Source of the DNA: Octopus sinensis
Lineage: Eukaryota
Reading direction: 5' to 3'
Assembly (NCBI RefSeq): GCF_006345805.1
Contig: NC_043021.1
Location: 19,902,001-19,966,000 of the forward strand
Length of the DNA stretch: 64,000 bases
Shown one piece after another: positions 26,991 to 39,077 of the stretch. Position 1 is the first letter of the stretch; every line of letters starts with the position of its first letter. The notes under the pieces were generated by a model. That model saw nothing but the letters and a program-made list of their open reading frames with translations. It was not told where the DNA came from and ran no database searches. Both the position numbers and the translations under genes were made by a program.

Positions 26991-27665
26991 GTGGTGTTAT
27001 GAGCCAGGCTGTGTTGTTGGGAAGGATCAGAAGTGAGGGAGTAGGCATGCCCTGTCAGAAGTGGGAGCTGTGGATCCCACTGGAAGTGCCATGGTGGACA
27101 TGCGGCATCAGTGAAACACGAGGGATGGCGGTCACAGAGGGAGCGGTGCCCTCCTCTCTGGTTGGCTGATTACGAGACAAGTTAAGACTTGTGGTTGAGG
27201 TTGAGAAGAGGGCGTGGGCAGGTTGGTTGAATGATCTTCAGATCGTGGGGGGTGGGTGGCATGTGGTGTTATGAGCCAGGCTGTGTTGTAGGGAAGGATC
27301 AGAAGTGAGGGAGTAGGCATGCCCTGTCAGAAGTGGGACCTGTGGATCCAACTGGAAGTGCCGTGGTGGACATGCGGCATCAGCGAAACACGAGGGATGG
27401 CGGTCACAGAGGGAGCAGTGCCCTCCTCTCTGGTTGGCTGATTACGAGACAAGTTAAGACATGTGGTTGAGGCTGAGAAGAGGGCGTGGGCAGGTTGGTT
27501 GAATGATCTTCAGATCGTTGGGGGTGGGTGGTGGCATGTGGTGTTATGAGCCAGGCTGTGTTGTAGGGAAGGATCAGAAGTGAGAGAGTAGGCATGTCCT
27601 GTCGGAAGTGGGGCCTGTTGATCCCACTGGAAGTGCCTTGGTGGACATGTGGCACCAGCGAAGCA
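26991..27665. repeat. GC-rich tandem repeat, unit 272-275 bp, about 2.5 copies
   Basis: GTGGTGTTATGAGCCAGGCTGTG starts at 26991, 27263 and 27538. Confidence 0.9.
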
Positions 27666-28102
27666 TGAGGGGCCAATTGGCGGCAGACAGCACATCAGAG
27701 TGGACGTGTGTGACAGCACAGCGACGGATAGCGCATGTGGACGTGGAGTGAACCTTGGACATTGAGACAGCATGTGGATGTTGAAAGTGACCCTTTTTCC
27801 AGATTGACAGGTAAGACTACCATAATTCTCTCTTTGCTTCTGTCTTTTTTTTTTCTCTTTACATCACAAAAGGAATAAGATTTCAAGATGTTGAGGAAAT
27901 CCAAGAAAATGCGATGAGGCAGCTGCTTGTTATCCCCAAAATGGAATTCTAGGAATGTTTCTGTTGATGGAAACAACACAAGATAAAGTGTGTAACTTCA
28001 AAAGGGAGCTACTTTGAAGGAGATAGAATACTGAATTGATACATGCTGTAGTTTGCTTTTTATAGCACCTGTCCAGATGCTGTTTGATCAGACCTTGTAT
28101 AT

Positions 28103-28545
28103 GTTAGTTAGTTAGTTAATTTTTTGGCTCAAAAAGCAAAAAGCAAGGCCATGTAGGGGGACATGGAGTTATGTACAGGGTGGTGTTCATATAAAGAGTT
28201 CAGGCCACTTGTGGTCAAGGGAGACTTTGAACCGAGCGGTCGTTGGCATCCTCACCATCTCGTCAGGCAGCTTATTCCACGGATCCGCAACCCGGACGGA
28301 GAAAGCCCCTCTCCTTCGATTAAGATGAAATCATCGCAGATAGAGCTTTTCGGAATGACCCCTCAGCCGACGCTCTGGAGCAGGAGTGAAGAACAGCTCT
28401 TTCGAGAGGTTACACTTTCCGCTTATGATGTTGTGAGCAAGAATGAGATCACCACGGCGGCGGCGTTTTTCTAGAGAATAAAGGTCGAGCGTCTTCAGCC
28501 TTTCTTCATAAGACAAATTCTTGAGACCAAGAACCATGCGGGTAG
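28103..28545 (-). mobile_element. Second CR1-clade LINE family, 3' end
   Basis: LKNLSYEERLKTLDLYSLEKRRRRGDLILAHNII...RGHSEKL, then WNKLP in a shifted frame, with a (TAAC)n tail at 28103-28119. Confidence 0.9.
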
Positions 28546-29749
28546 CCAGCTTAGCTATAACACTGTTATATATATATATATCACCGTGACCGACCAGTTG
28601 TTGCTACACATCGCTGATCACAATGCGCTTTGCATTGTTTTAGCCTTCAAATGACGCCACCCCGCTGGCTAAGCGAGCAGGCCAACAGAAGAAAGAGTGA
28701 GAGAAAGTTGTGGCGAAAGAGTACAGCAGGGATCGCCACCAGCCCCTGCCGGAGCCTCATGGGGCTTTAGGTGCTTTTTGCGCCCCAAACTTTGATGTCA
28801 CGGTCGACAACATTCTTGTTGAAGAATAAAAAAAATTGTGCTTGACAAAAGTATAGAGTAACCCATCAGATTAATGCAAAATTATTTTTATTATAACTGA
28901 ACATCAAAACAAACATTAATATATATATGTACATACACACATACACACACACATACAGTAAAAAGTATGTGTCTGTGTGTGCATATGTATGTGTATGTGT
29001 GCATAAGAAACCTTGTTTGCATATGAACAAAGTTGAATCCAGTTAAATCTATGATGGAACTAACCAAAAAAACTGACAGCCCAGAGAAGAAATTGTTCCT
29101 GTCAATGAAAATATATAAAGGACAAAATTACTTGGACGCCATCTGCATGAAAAAACAACAGTTAAGTTAGTGCTGAGAAATTTAATGAAGGGAACCTTAC
29201 AAAAAAACTAACTAGAAATAATTTTTTGTTGAGAGAAACAAAACAATATTGACCACTGTCTTCTAATATTTTAATTAATTTTTCAAGTAGGGGAGACAAC
29301 TTAGAACAAGTTCGGGTATTATTATAACCTCATCATCCACAAAACATACTTCACTGCTGTTCTGCTAGAGATGAGAGAATAATTAAGTGAGCAATGAAAG
29401 ATTTGTATAAGAGAATAAGCAACGCGGTGTATTCTGGGAGTAGATGACAGTTAAAATATAACAAGCAGAGATAAAGTTTTTTACAAAATGTTTGTTCATT
29501 CAGACAAACCATGTTTTAGAATATTTCATGGAAGTAATTAACAGAGAATAAAAACAAAGAAACATTTTCTTTTTCTTTTAAATGTATTTCATCGAAACAT
29601 TTAACAATTTCGAGAAACACCGAGTAAAACAGTTTATAATCTGAGCATTCTTCATCACAAATAGTTTGTACATATTGGCATTGAATACACCCAATTATCT
29701 AGAGCATTGACAAAAAAAAAAGACAAAAAATTTTTCTTTAAATAGCAAG

Positions 29750-30880
29750 GACTGAAACAGCACGTTGAACAGTATTGATTAAACTGACACCAGAATGATG
29801 ATAGAAAAGTGAGGGGGGGGGGGTCAGCAGGATTTGAACTCAGATCTTAAAAGGGATGTAACTAAATAAAAAGCAAGAACTGTGTCTGATTCTACCAAAT
29901 AATAATCAAAAATGGTTTCAGATTTTGACACAAGGCCAGCAATTTCAGGAGAGGGATAAATTGATTACACCAACTCCAGTGCTTCACTGGAACTTAGGAT
30001 GAAGGGCTAAGTCAATCTTGGCAGAATCTGAACTCAGAATGTAATGACAGATGGAATGTCAGTAAGCACATTGCCCGGCTTGACACTTTAATAATAACAA
30101 TCCTTTATACTTTAGGCACAAGGCCTGAAATTTTAGGGGAGCTGTTAAATCGATCATATCGGCCCCATTACTCAACTGGTTTTTCATTTATCAACCCTGA
30201 AAGGAGAAAAAGTAAAGTTGACCTTGGTAGAATTTGAACTCAGAATGTAACGGCAGACGAAATACCTATTTCTTTACTACCCACAAGGGGCTAAACACAG
30301 AGAGGACAAATAAGGACAGACAAACGGATTAAGTCGATTACATCGATCACAGTGTGTAACTGGTACTTAATTTTATCGACTCTGAAAGGATGAAAGGCAA
30401 AGTCGACCTCGGCAGAATTTGAACTCAGAACGTAACGGCAGATGAAATACCACTAGGCATTTCACCTAGCACGCTAATGATTCTGCTAGCTTGCCACCTT
30501 AATAATAATAATAATAATAATAATCCTACTAAAGGCACAAGGCCTGAAATTTGGGGGATGTGGTAGTTGACTATGTCGACCCCAGTGCGTAACTGGTACT
30601 TAATTTATCGACCCCAAAAGGATGAAAGGCAAAGTCAGCCTCAGCGGAATCTGAACTCAGAACGTAGCGATGCGAGAAATACCGCTAAGGATTTTGCCTG
30701 GTGTGCTAACGATTCTGCCAGCTCGCAACCTTAATAATAATAATAATCCTTTCTACTGGAGGCACAAGGCCTCATATTTGTGGGGTTACATCGACCCCAG
30801 TGTTTCACTGGTGCTTAATTTATCAACCCTGAAAAGATGAAAGGCAAAGCCAAACTCGGCGGATTTTGAACTGGGGTCAA
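29750..30880 (-). mobile_element. Pile-up of at least six SINE family B copies and fragments in the same orientation
   Basis: Repeated GGATGAAAGGCAAAGTC...GAACTCAG segments separated by (AAT)n. Confidence 0.75.
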
Positions 30881-31504
30881 TGTTATCAACTAGACTATAC
30901 TACTCTGAAAAGCTTCAGGCCTTGTGCCTACAGTAGAAAGACTTGTTATTATTATTATTATTATGAGTTCTCATTTACTTATTGAATTTATTTACCGATA
31001 CGGTTGTACATAGGGTAAATGTGTACGGAAGTTATGGTTTCTTTGGTATGTTTGTTCCCATTTATATATATATAAATTTGGAGAAGGAAGTAAGTCCTAG
31101 GAGGAGTGAAAAAACAAAACTGAATTTGGCAGAATTTGAACTTGGACTACAAAGCATCTTGCGTGTGTGGTGGCCTGCTGACCCAATCTTCTATCATCTT
31201 TAAATAATAATTATTCGTCTAACAAAGAAACAAATCCAGAAATTTGGGAGAGGAAACTGATTGCGGTTCTTGACTGGTACTTTATTTTATAGACCGACCC
31301 CCCCAGAAGGACAAATGACAACATTGACCGAGGTGGGATTTGAACTCAGAAAGTAAACAGCCAAAAGAAATAGCACAAGTCACGTATTTTCTGATGTTCT
31401 AATGACTCTGCCAACGATACTTATTCATGTCTGCTAGAAAAGCATTTGAGCATTTTTTTGGAAATCCCATTTGAACCATAAAAAAAAAACCATGTTAATA
31501 GTGA

Positions 31505-32450
31505 CTGCAGTTGTTTAACCCTGCTACATCAATAGCTTTCCAACCATGGCCATACCATCTATTTTAGGGTGTGTGTGGGACTAGCATTAACTAGTGTGTC
31601 ATTTCCTTTTCCTTCTACAACAAGGTCTTGAGGGAGATTTGGTAGCTATTTCTAGTAGGCCAGGCAAACCAATAGAGAGAGACTAGAGGTTAAAAGTGAT
31701 AGCAATTTTTCAACACAGCCTACATCAGTGGCTTTCCAGCCATGGCCATACCATCAATTGTGTGGGGGGGACTAACACTAATGTATCAGTCCCTTTTCCT
31801 TCTACAACAGGATATTGAGGGAGATTTGGTAGCTATTTTTAGTAGGCCAGGCAAACCAATAAAGAGAGACTAGAGTTTAAGTAATTGCAGTTGTTTAATC
31901 CAAGCCTACATCAGTGGTTTTCCAACCATGGCCATACCATCTATTTTAGGATGCATGTGGGACTAACATTAACTAGTGTGTCATTCCATTTTCCTTCCAC
32001 AACAAAATATTGAGGGAGATTTGACAGCTATTTCTAGTAGGCCAGGCAAACGATTTGAGAGAGACTAGAGGCTAAAAGTAATTGCAGTTGTTTAATCCAA
32101 GCCTACACCAGTGGCTTTCCAACCATGGCCATACTATCTATTTTAGGTTGTGTGTGAAACTAACATTAACTAATGTGTCATTTCCTTTTCCCTGCACAAC
32201 AGGGTATTGAGGGAGATTTGGTAGCTATTTCTAGTAGGCCAGGCAAACTAGTTGAGAGAGACTAGAGGCTAAAAGTAATTGCAGTTGTTTAATCAGTGGC
32301 TTTCCAACCATGGCCATACCATCTATTTTAGGTTATGTGTGAAATGTGACATTTCCTTTTCTCTCCACAACAGGGTATTGAGGGAGATTTGGTAGCTATT
32401 TCTTGTAGGCCAGGCAAACCAATAGAGAGACTAGAGGCTTCCTCGTTGTG
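31505..32450. repeat. Minisatellite array, unit about 190-197 bp, about 5 copies (array A1)
   Basis: The motif GAGGGAGATTTG recurs at 31630, 31817, 32012, 32209 and 32380. Related arrays lie at 41887-42595 and 51945-52500. Confidence 0.9.
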
Positions 32451-34261
32451 AGGTAGAAACAAGTGATGCGAATAAACTGCATAGTCGAATGTGCATAGTT
32501 TAGTTGTGTTGTGGCGTCGTAAAAAGCTGCGATGCAACATGAATGCAACAAAAAAAAAAACAATAATAAGATAAAATAAATGAATAAAAAATAAAATAAA
32601 ATACAAAAATGATAAACCAATGCAAAAACTGAATTTCATTATGTGTCTGTCACCAGCCGCAATATCTGTGGCACAATATGAATACGGCTGGCACCATAGC
32701 TTTAGAAGTTTGGCATTCAAAAGTATTTGCTGTTGGGTGATCAAACCCCAGCGAATTTAGGGGCCATAGTAAGGAAGGAAGGAAGGAAGGAAGGTGCAGG
32801 ACAGGACAGCATGTGAGATGAGGGGCAGCTGGGGGAAGGAGTTCATATGATAGGAGGATATTGAAGGTGATCAAACCCCCAGCGAATTTAGGAGCCATAG
32901 TAAGGAAGGAAGGCGCAGGACAGGACAGGATGTGAGATGAGGAGGAAGGGTTCATATGATAGGTCTGGCTCTCTGTAGGTTATGACGACAAGGGTTCCAA
33001 TTGATCTGATCAACGGAACAGGCTGCTCGTGAAATTAATGTGCAAGTGGTTGGGTATTCCACAGATATGCATACCTATTTCTTTACTACCCACAAGGGGC
33101 TAAACACAGAGGGGACAAACAAGGACAGACAGTTGGATTAAGTCGATTATATCGACCCCAGTGCGTGACTGGTACTTAATTTATCGACCCCGAAAGGATG
33201 AAAGGCAAAGTCGACCTCGGCGGAATTTGAACTCAGAACGTAAAGACAGATGAAATACCACTAAGCATCTCGCCGCCTATGCATATAGGGTATGCATATC
33301 CACAGATATGCATACCCTTAATGTAGTTCTCAGGGAGATTCAGCACGATAAGGCTGGCCCTTTGAATTACAGGTACTGCTCGTTTTTGCCAGCTGGGTGG
33401 ACTGGAGCAACGAGGAGTAAAGTGACTTGTTCAAGGACATGACATGCTACTGGGAATCGAACTCACGACCATACAATCACGAGCTGAATACCATAACCAC
33501 TAAGCCATATGCCTTCACACAATAGATTTAAGTATGACGAAAGGAGCAGGAAAGGACGGGATATTAAATGGGGGTGAGAAGGAGTTTGATGTGATAGGGA
33601 GACACTTTGTGTTGATACGACAAAAGATGTGATGCGACATTTAGCAGTACACACTGCACTCTGACCTAACCCACAAAAACATCACTTTGTAGTGGGCCAA
33701 TGGGAAATAAGTATACTGCAACTGGAAATTGAACCTGTGTTGCATTGGGGCCATAATTCTTTGCTGGGGGTCTTACTACTGCTTCCTGTGCAATGGCATA
33801 GTTTACCATCTCCAGCTAGTCTCTGATACAGAGCTGTTCAGCATCAAAGATGGGCGCACGGCAAAATCACAAGTCTTATTAACACAAACACATAAATACA
33901 CACACACACATACATATGCATATATATATATTTATTTCTTTACTACCCACAAGGGGCTAAATACAGAGGGGACAAACAAAGGGATTAAGTCGATTATATC
34001 GACCCAAGTGCATAACTGGTACTTAATTTATCGACCCCGAGAGGATGAAAGGCAAAGTCGACCTTGGCGGAATTTGAACTCGGAACGTAACGACAGACGA
34101 AATACGGCTACGCATTTCGCCTGGCGTGCTAACATTTCTGCCAGCTTGCCACCCTATATATATATATATATAAGTTTGGGAACCACTGCCCTACACTGTA
34201 GTATGTAGAATATTTTTTTTCTTGCTTATTATGAACACCATGGAAAGTGATAACACATGTG

Positions 34262-34570
34262 GTATCAAAATCAAAATCGAAATCGATCAACATCAATGGA
34301 AATTGTAGCTGTGATACCAGTGCTGGTGGCATGTAAGAGAACCATCCAAGCGTGACCGTTGCCAGCGCCACCCCGACTGGCCTCCGTCCCGGTGACACGT
34401 AAAAAGCACCCACTACACTCACGGAGTGGTTGGCGTTAGGAAGGGCATCCAGTCGTAGAAACATTACCAGATCAGACTGGGCCTGGTGCAGCCTTCTGGC
34501 TTCCCAGACCCTAGTTGTACCGTCCAACCCATGCTAGCATGGAAAACGGACGTTAAAGGATGATGATGAT
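34262..34570 (+). mobile_element. (GAT)n-tailed SINE 3' part
   Basis: Ends CATGCTAGCATGGAAAACGGACGTTAAAGGATGATGAT. Relatives at 19794-20400 (-), 21770-22250 (-) and 62355-62716 (+). Confidence 0.8.
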
Positions 34571-34752
34571 ATATACGTGATGATGATATATATATATATA
34601 TGCATATATTTGGATGATGCTGTTATTTCAGGGTTTCTTTAATATTCAATCAAATATTTATCACATTGTTAAATTGGTTTTGAAACTTGGGAAGTGACAG
34701 CAAGCAGTAACTTGCCAAATAAATATAATTTTACTATAAATATACCCTACAC

Positions 34753-35038
34753 CAGTGGTTCCCAAAGTGGGCAGTATTTTCCCCCTGGGGTTAGCGGTAA
34801 GTTCTGGGGGGAGGGTGCATTGAAGAAAAAGGAGGCGGGGCAAAAATGGGGTAGCGATTCATGTAAAAACAACAAAATAATGGATTTGTCAGGTTAAGTT
34901 TTATCTGTGAAATGCAGTTGCTTTGAATTTGCTTTTGAAAGGGGTCTGTATTTGTGATGGTTGGTTAGGGTGGGGGTACTAGGAATGTGGCCTGGTTATC
35001 AAGGGGGCGGCAACCTGAAAAAAGTTTGGGAACCACTG
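34753..35038. mobile_element. hAT-superfamily MITE
   Basis: TIR CAGTGGTTCCCAAA / TTTGGGAACCACTG and 8-bp TSD CCCTACAC (34745-34752, 35039-35046). Duplicated at 44905-45190. Confidence 0.92.
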
Positions 35039-35309
35039 CCCTACACTGTAGTATGTAGAATTTTTTTTTTCTTGCTTATTATGAACACTATAGAAAGTGT
35101 TTACATATATGGTATGCAAATTAGTTGCTCCAGCTTTCTATAGCTACTGTAACTGTAGAGTATATAAACAGATTAGCTTCTAATCTCTCTGGAATTGGTG
35201 AAACTGATGTAGATGCCTCTGATGAGAAGCCCAATAAGATTCGAAAATTGTGCATCATTTTTGTCAATCTATGGAGAAACAGCTAAAGTAGCTCTGTTTA
35301 TACATATAC

Positions 35310-35749
35310 ATAAGAATTTTTTGCGTAATGAGATAAAAAACCAAGGCTGTGTACATATTAGAACATTTATAGATGGAAGGTCTTATAGCTGTTTCCAGGA
35401 TATTTATTAATTATACCCCTTCATTGGAGATGGTGTAAGAAGATGGTTAAGTAATAATTAATTTAGATAGGATACAAAATAGAGTGAGGTGGAGGAAAGA
35501 AAATAGATGTGAGATATGTAGGAATATTGATGGATTTACAAATTCAATATCCCTACATATCTCACATCTATTTTCTTTCCTCCACCTCACTCTCTATTTT
35601 GTATCCTATCTAAATTAATTATTACTTAACCATCCAATGAAGGGATATAATTAATAAATATCCTGGAAACAGCTGTAAGACCTATCTATAAATGTTCTAA
35701 TATCTACACAGCCTTGGTTTTTTTATCTCATTACGCAAAAAATTCTTAT
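35310..35749. mobile_element. 440-bp fold-back element (arms 221 and 206 bp, 13-bp loop)
   Basis: 35310-35530 is the reverse complement of 35544-35749 with few differences. Duplicated at 45462-45901. Confidence 0.9.
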
Positions 35750-35910
35750 ATACACACGCTGACATATGACCAACGTTGAACCCCTTATTCGCAAAATCAC
35801 CGAACCTGGAACTTAACTATGGCCTGTCTATAGCACTTATTCAGCATTACCCGACACCTTTGGGTTTCAATGACCCCTTATCTCTTATATGTATATATAT
35901 AGGTTATATA

Positions 35911-36268
35911 CATCATCTCCTTTTCGATATCTCAGCACATATTTACTTCCTGTCCCAGGTAGACATATTCTCTTACCTCCTCTATTTCATCACAGTCGAT
36001 CACCATTCGACCTGTTGGTACTTTGTCTGACTGCATGAACTTTGTTTTCATGCGGTTCATCTTGAGACCTACTGCAGAGCTTTTGATGTCGAGTGGTACC
36101 CGCGTGAGCGGAAAAGACCACCCGGAAGACCTCCACAACGATTTCAGGAGGATGATTGGGATCACGTGGATGAGAAAGGTGCAATCCAGAGAGGAGTGGA
36201 CAGAGTGCTGTGACCAGCGGTGTCAAATGGATGCCTGACGGACTGGTCGGTCAAGGTGATCAAGGTGA
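35911..36268. mobile_element. RTE-clade LINE fragment with 5' inversion
   Basis: Minus strand 35911-36093 encodes RT segment LDIKSSAVGLKMNRMKTKFM...IEEVREYVYLGQ. Plus strand 36091-36268 encodes the RTE C-terminus EWYPRERKRPPGRP...WMRKVQSREEW, with tail (TCAAGGTGA)2. Duplicated at about 46063-46420. Confidence 0.8.
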
Positions 36269-36957
36269 CATACATCATACCTTGATACTGTGAGGACTAA
36301 GATCCTCATTGACAGGGCCTTGATATTTAAAATAAAGTGTTAACACAAATGGTACCCAAATTAGTAGCTCCAGTTTTTTATAGCTACTATAATTGTTGAG
36401 TATGTAAACAGAATGGCTTGTTATTTCTCTGAGAGTGGTCAAAGTAGACGTAGACATCTCTAATGCGAATCCAATAAGATTTGAAAATCAATTAAGGTTG
36501 TTCATAATTTTTTTTTTCAGTTTATGGAGAAATAGCGAAATTATCCCTGTTTATAAAGATACTTTATAGATTGCATCTCTCTCTCTCTCTATATATATAT
36601 ATATGTATGTATGTATGTGTGTGAAGTGGAAGCCAGTTCACCAATGCCATTGTGAAAATTATATGTGCCATCATTTCAAGCACAGCTATGAAAATATATA
36701 CACCAAAAATTGTAGCCATAAATACTTACTATATACACATACACAAGCATATAGATATGCACACACAATTTTACACATATATATTGTGTGTATATATTGT
36801 TGACATCATAAGACTTTATAAAACTTTTGAGAGAACCATATCTCAAAATATATATAAAGCTATCCAAAAGGGATTTTCAACCAAATATTTACACACCATT
36901 CTTCATAGCCTTTACATGTACTTTGAGATCCAGTTCCAAAAGAGAATTATATATATA

Positions 36958-37238
36958 TATATATTAGAAGAAATGAGGTACTCAGATCGGGTGGCTTATA
37001 TTTACAGATATTTATCTATATATTACATTTTTTATACATCATATCACTTAGATCATTAGCGCTTTCTCCCATTCTAGTGGGGTTTTCAACTTAGTTTGAT
37101 TTGAAGACCCCACTAGAATGGGAGAAAGCGCTAATACATGATCTAAGTTATAGGATATATAAAAAATGTAATATATAAATAAATATCTGTAAATATAAAC
37201 CATCCGATCTTCTGAGCACCTCATTTCTTCTAATATAT
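36958..37238. mobile_element. 280-bp TA-flanked fold-back element
   Basis: Arms 36958-37089 and 37101-37238 are inverted, with an 11-nt loop. Confidence 0.88.
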
Positions 37239-37264
37239 AATACCTGTACATCATCTCCAAACCT

Positions 37265-37303
<39 letters not shown>

Positions 37304-37810
37304 CACATACATAGCCATGTCATTGAGTAACAGAACCTTAGTGTATAGGAGCGGGGTTGCTTTACGAATGACCTACAGTTTGAAGGGCTAAAGCCAAACA
37401 GGCCTGTTGTAGAGCCTACGGTCGATGAAACGGGTGGCTTTGCCAAGGAAGGGGAACAACGGTGAGAGTATGGAGAGGAATTAGTGTTGAGGGCATCTTT
37501 TACGATGGGGACAATGCCTCATGGAAACAAAGGAGGATGTTGAAGAAGAATCCTTGTTCACACATTCACAAAGTGAAGGTCATGAGTTTCGATGAGTCTG
37601 CATGCCAAGACAATATTTTGGGTTGAGGATCAGGGTTTCATGTTAATGAAGCCCTTAACAATTATCAACCCTATCACATGTCTACATATACACACACACG
37701 CATATATATATATAAATAAGGGGTAAGATCGTTAATTTAAAATAAAATAACGATTTTATCATGTGGTCAGCATGGAAAAAATAACCTTCAAAGGTAATAA
37801 TTATTAAAAT

Positions 37811-37978
37811 TATAAATTAGGGTATCTATGAGATACCACCATGCTGAAAATAGCAGCCATGATCTGACTGTTGTTGTTCTCTCCATGTTAACATATGGAA
37901 AATTAAGGTGGTTTTAGAGTCAGATCAAGGCTGTTATTTTCAGCCTGGTAGTATCTTGTAGATACCCTAATTTATAAT
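37811..37978. mobile_element. Fold-back element, arms about 60 bp
   Basis: ATTATAAATTAGGGTATCT...GATCTGACT is the inverse of AGTCAGATC...AGATACCCTAATTTATAAT. Confidence 0.75.
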
Positions 37979-38203
37979 GTTAATATATATATATATAATA
38001 AATATTAGGGAATAAATCCAAACTTATAGGGAAAAATCAGATTTAGGATTGAATCCAATTTTATAGTAAAATATTATATTATATTAAATTAGAGACAAAA
38101 CCACTATTAATCTTATGTATTGGCTTAAGTTTTTCATTGTTTGATTTGCCTAATAGTGGTTTTGTCTCTAATTTAATATAATATATATATATATATATAT
38201 ATA

Positions 38204-38620
38204 ACTTATAAAACAAGGGCAAAAGAAAAAATTCTAATGCCAAATATGCCGAAAATAGACAAATTGTCAATAACCATTATAATTTATCACTATTAATATG
38301 CGTCTCGAAACAAGATGACAGAAATTTCTAAAAAATTCTGTTATTACCGTATTGGTCCCAATTTCAGAGTCAATTCATAAGAATTTTCTCCTCATCAGCG
38401 ATAAATATGTAAGGCATAAATGAAATACTTACTCATACCCATGGAAAAAGCAAGCACTAAGTCCTGAGCAGACCTAAGTACCCCAAATATATCCAAAATA
38501 GAAAATCTTCAGCATATCTCGAGACACGTGTGATTCGAACTAGAAACTTTCACAGACAATTTGTCTATTTTTGGCATATTTGGCATTAGAATTTTTTCTT
38601 TTGCCCTTGTTTTATAAGTT
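38204..38620. mobile_element. Fold-back element with 66-bp arms enclosing a hammerhead ribozyme
   Basis: AACTTATAAAACAAGGGCAAAAG...GACAAATTGTC and its inverse with 1 mismatch. (TA)n lies on the left. Confidence 0.85.
38341..38410 (-). ncRNA. Type I hammerhead ribozyme, near-canonical
   Basis: RNA UUAUCG-CUGAUGA-GGAGaaAAUUC(UUAU)GAAUUgaCUCU-GAA-AUUG(GGAC)CAAU-A-CGGUAA. The core is complete, all three helices pair, and cleavage is predicted after AUA. Only 10.1-11.1 is G.U instead of G-C. Confidence 0.75.
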
Positions 38621-39040
38621 ATTTATAAATTTAACCTTTAAAGGTATTTTTTAATATGTTGGCCATCGATAAAATTGTTTTGGAAAAATTTTATCCTATA
38701 TAAGATATATATATATATATATACAGAGAGAGAGAGAGAGAGAGGTTGTTTTAAGTGGAAAAAAAAGGTATACCAAGAGAAGGGTCAATCATGAAACATT
38801 GTTTTTCCTAACCTTATTCAGCATATGAATATTCTTTAGAATATTTTGTCATAAACCTCAGACTTTGGCACTTTATATATATATATATATATGTATGTAT
38901 ATTTTACATTCGCTCTGTGTATCATAACCAGTGATACTACTAAATACAGTAGTAGCCACACCATATTACTGGAAGCAGTCTCGGTATAGGTCTCAACCCA
39001 CCAGTGACAGCTATACATCTAACTGTACACACAAGAGATA

Positions 39041-39077
<37 letters not shown>

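Noticed and set aside
32328-32960. 138-aa and 101-aa ORFs and a possible exon in the duplicated unit
   Set aside because: They span minisatellite, A-rich and (GGAA)n sequence with no recognisable homology, and the two copies differ by frameshifting indels.
37330-37630. Minus-strand peptide FPFLGKATRFIDRRL, reminiscent of a Penelope RT-endonuclease linker
   Set aside because: It is too short and interrupted by stops to call without an HMM search.
37872-37916. Possible hammerhead in the spacer of the 37811-37978 fold-back
   Set aside because: It has only a CCAT/ATGG hairpin and GAAA, with no core, so it is listed as a plain fold-back.
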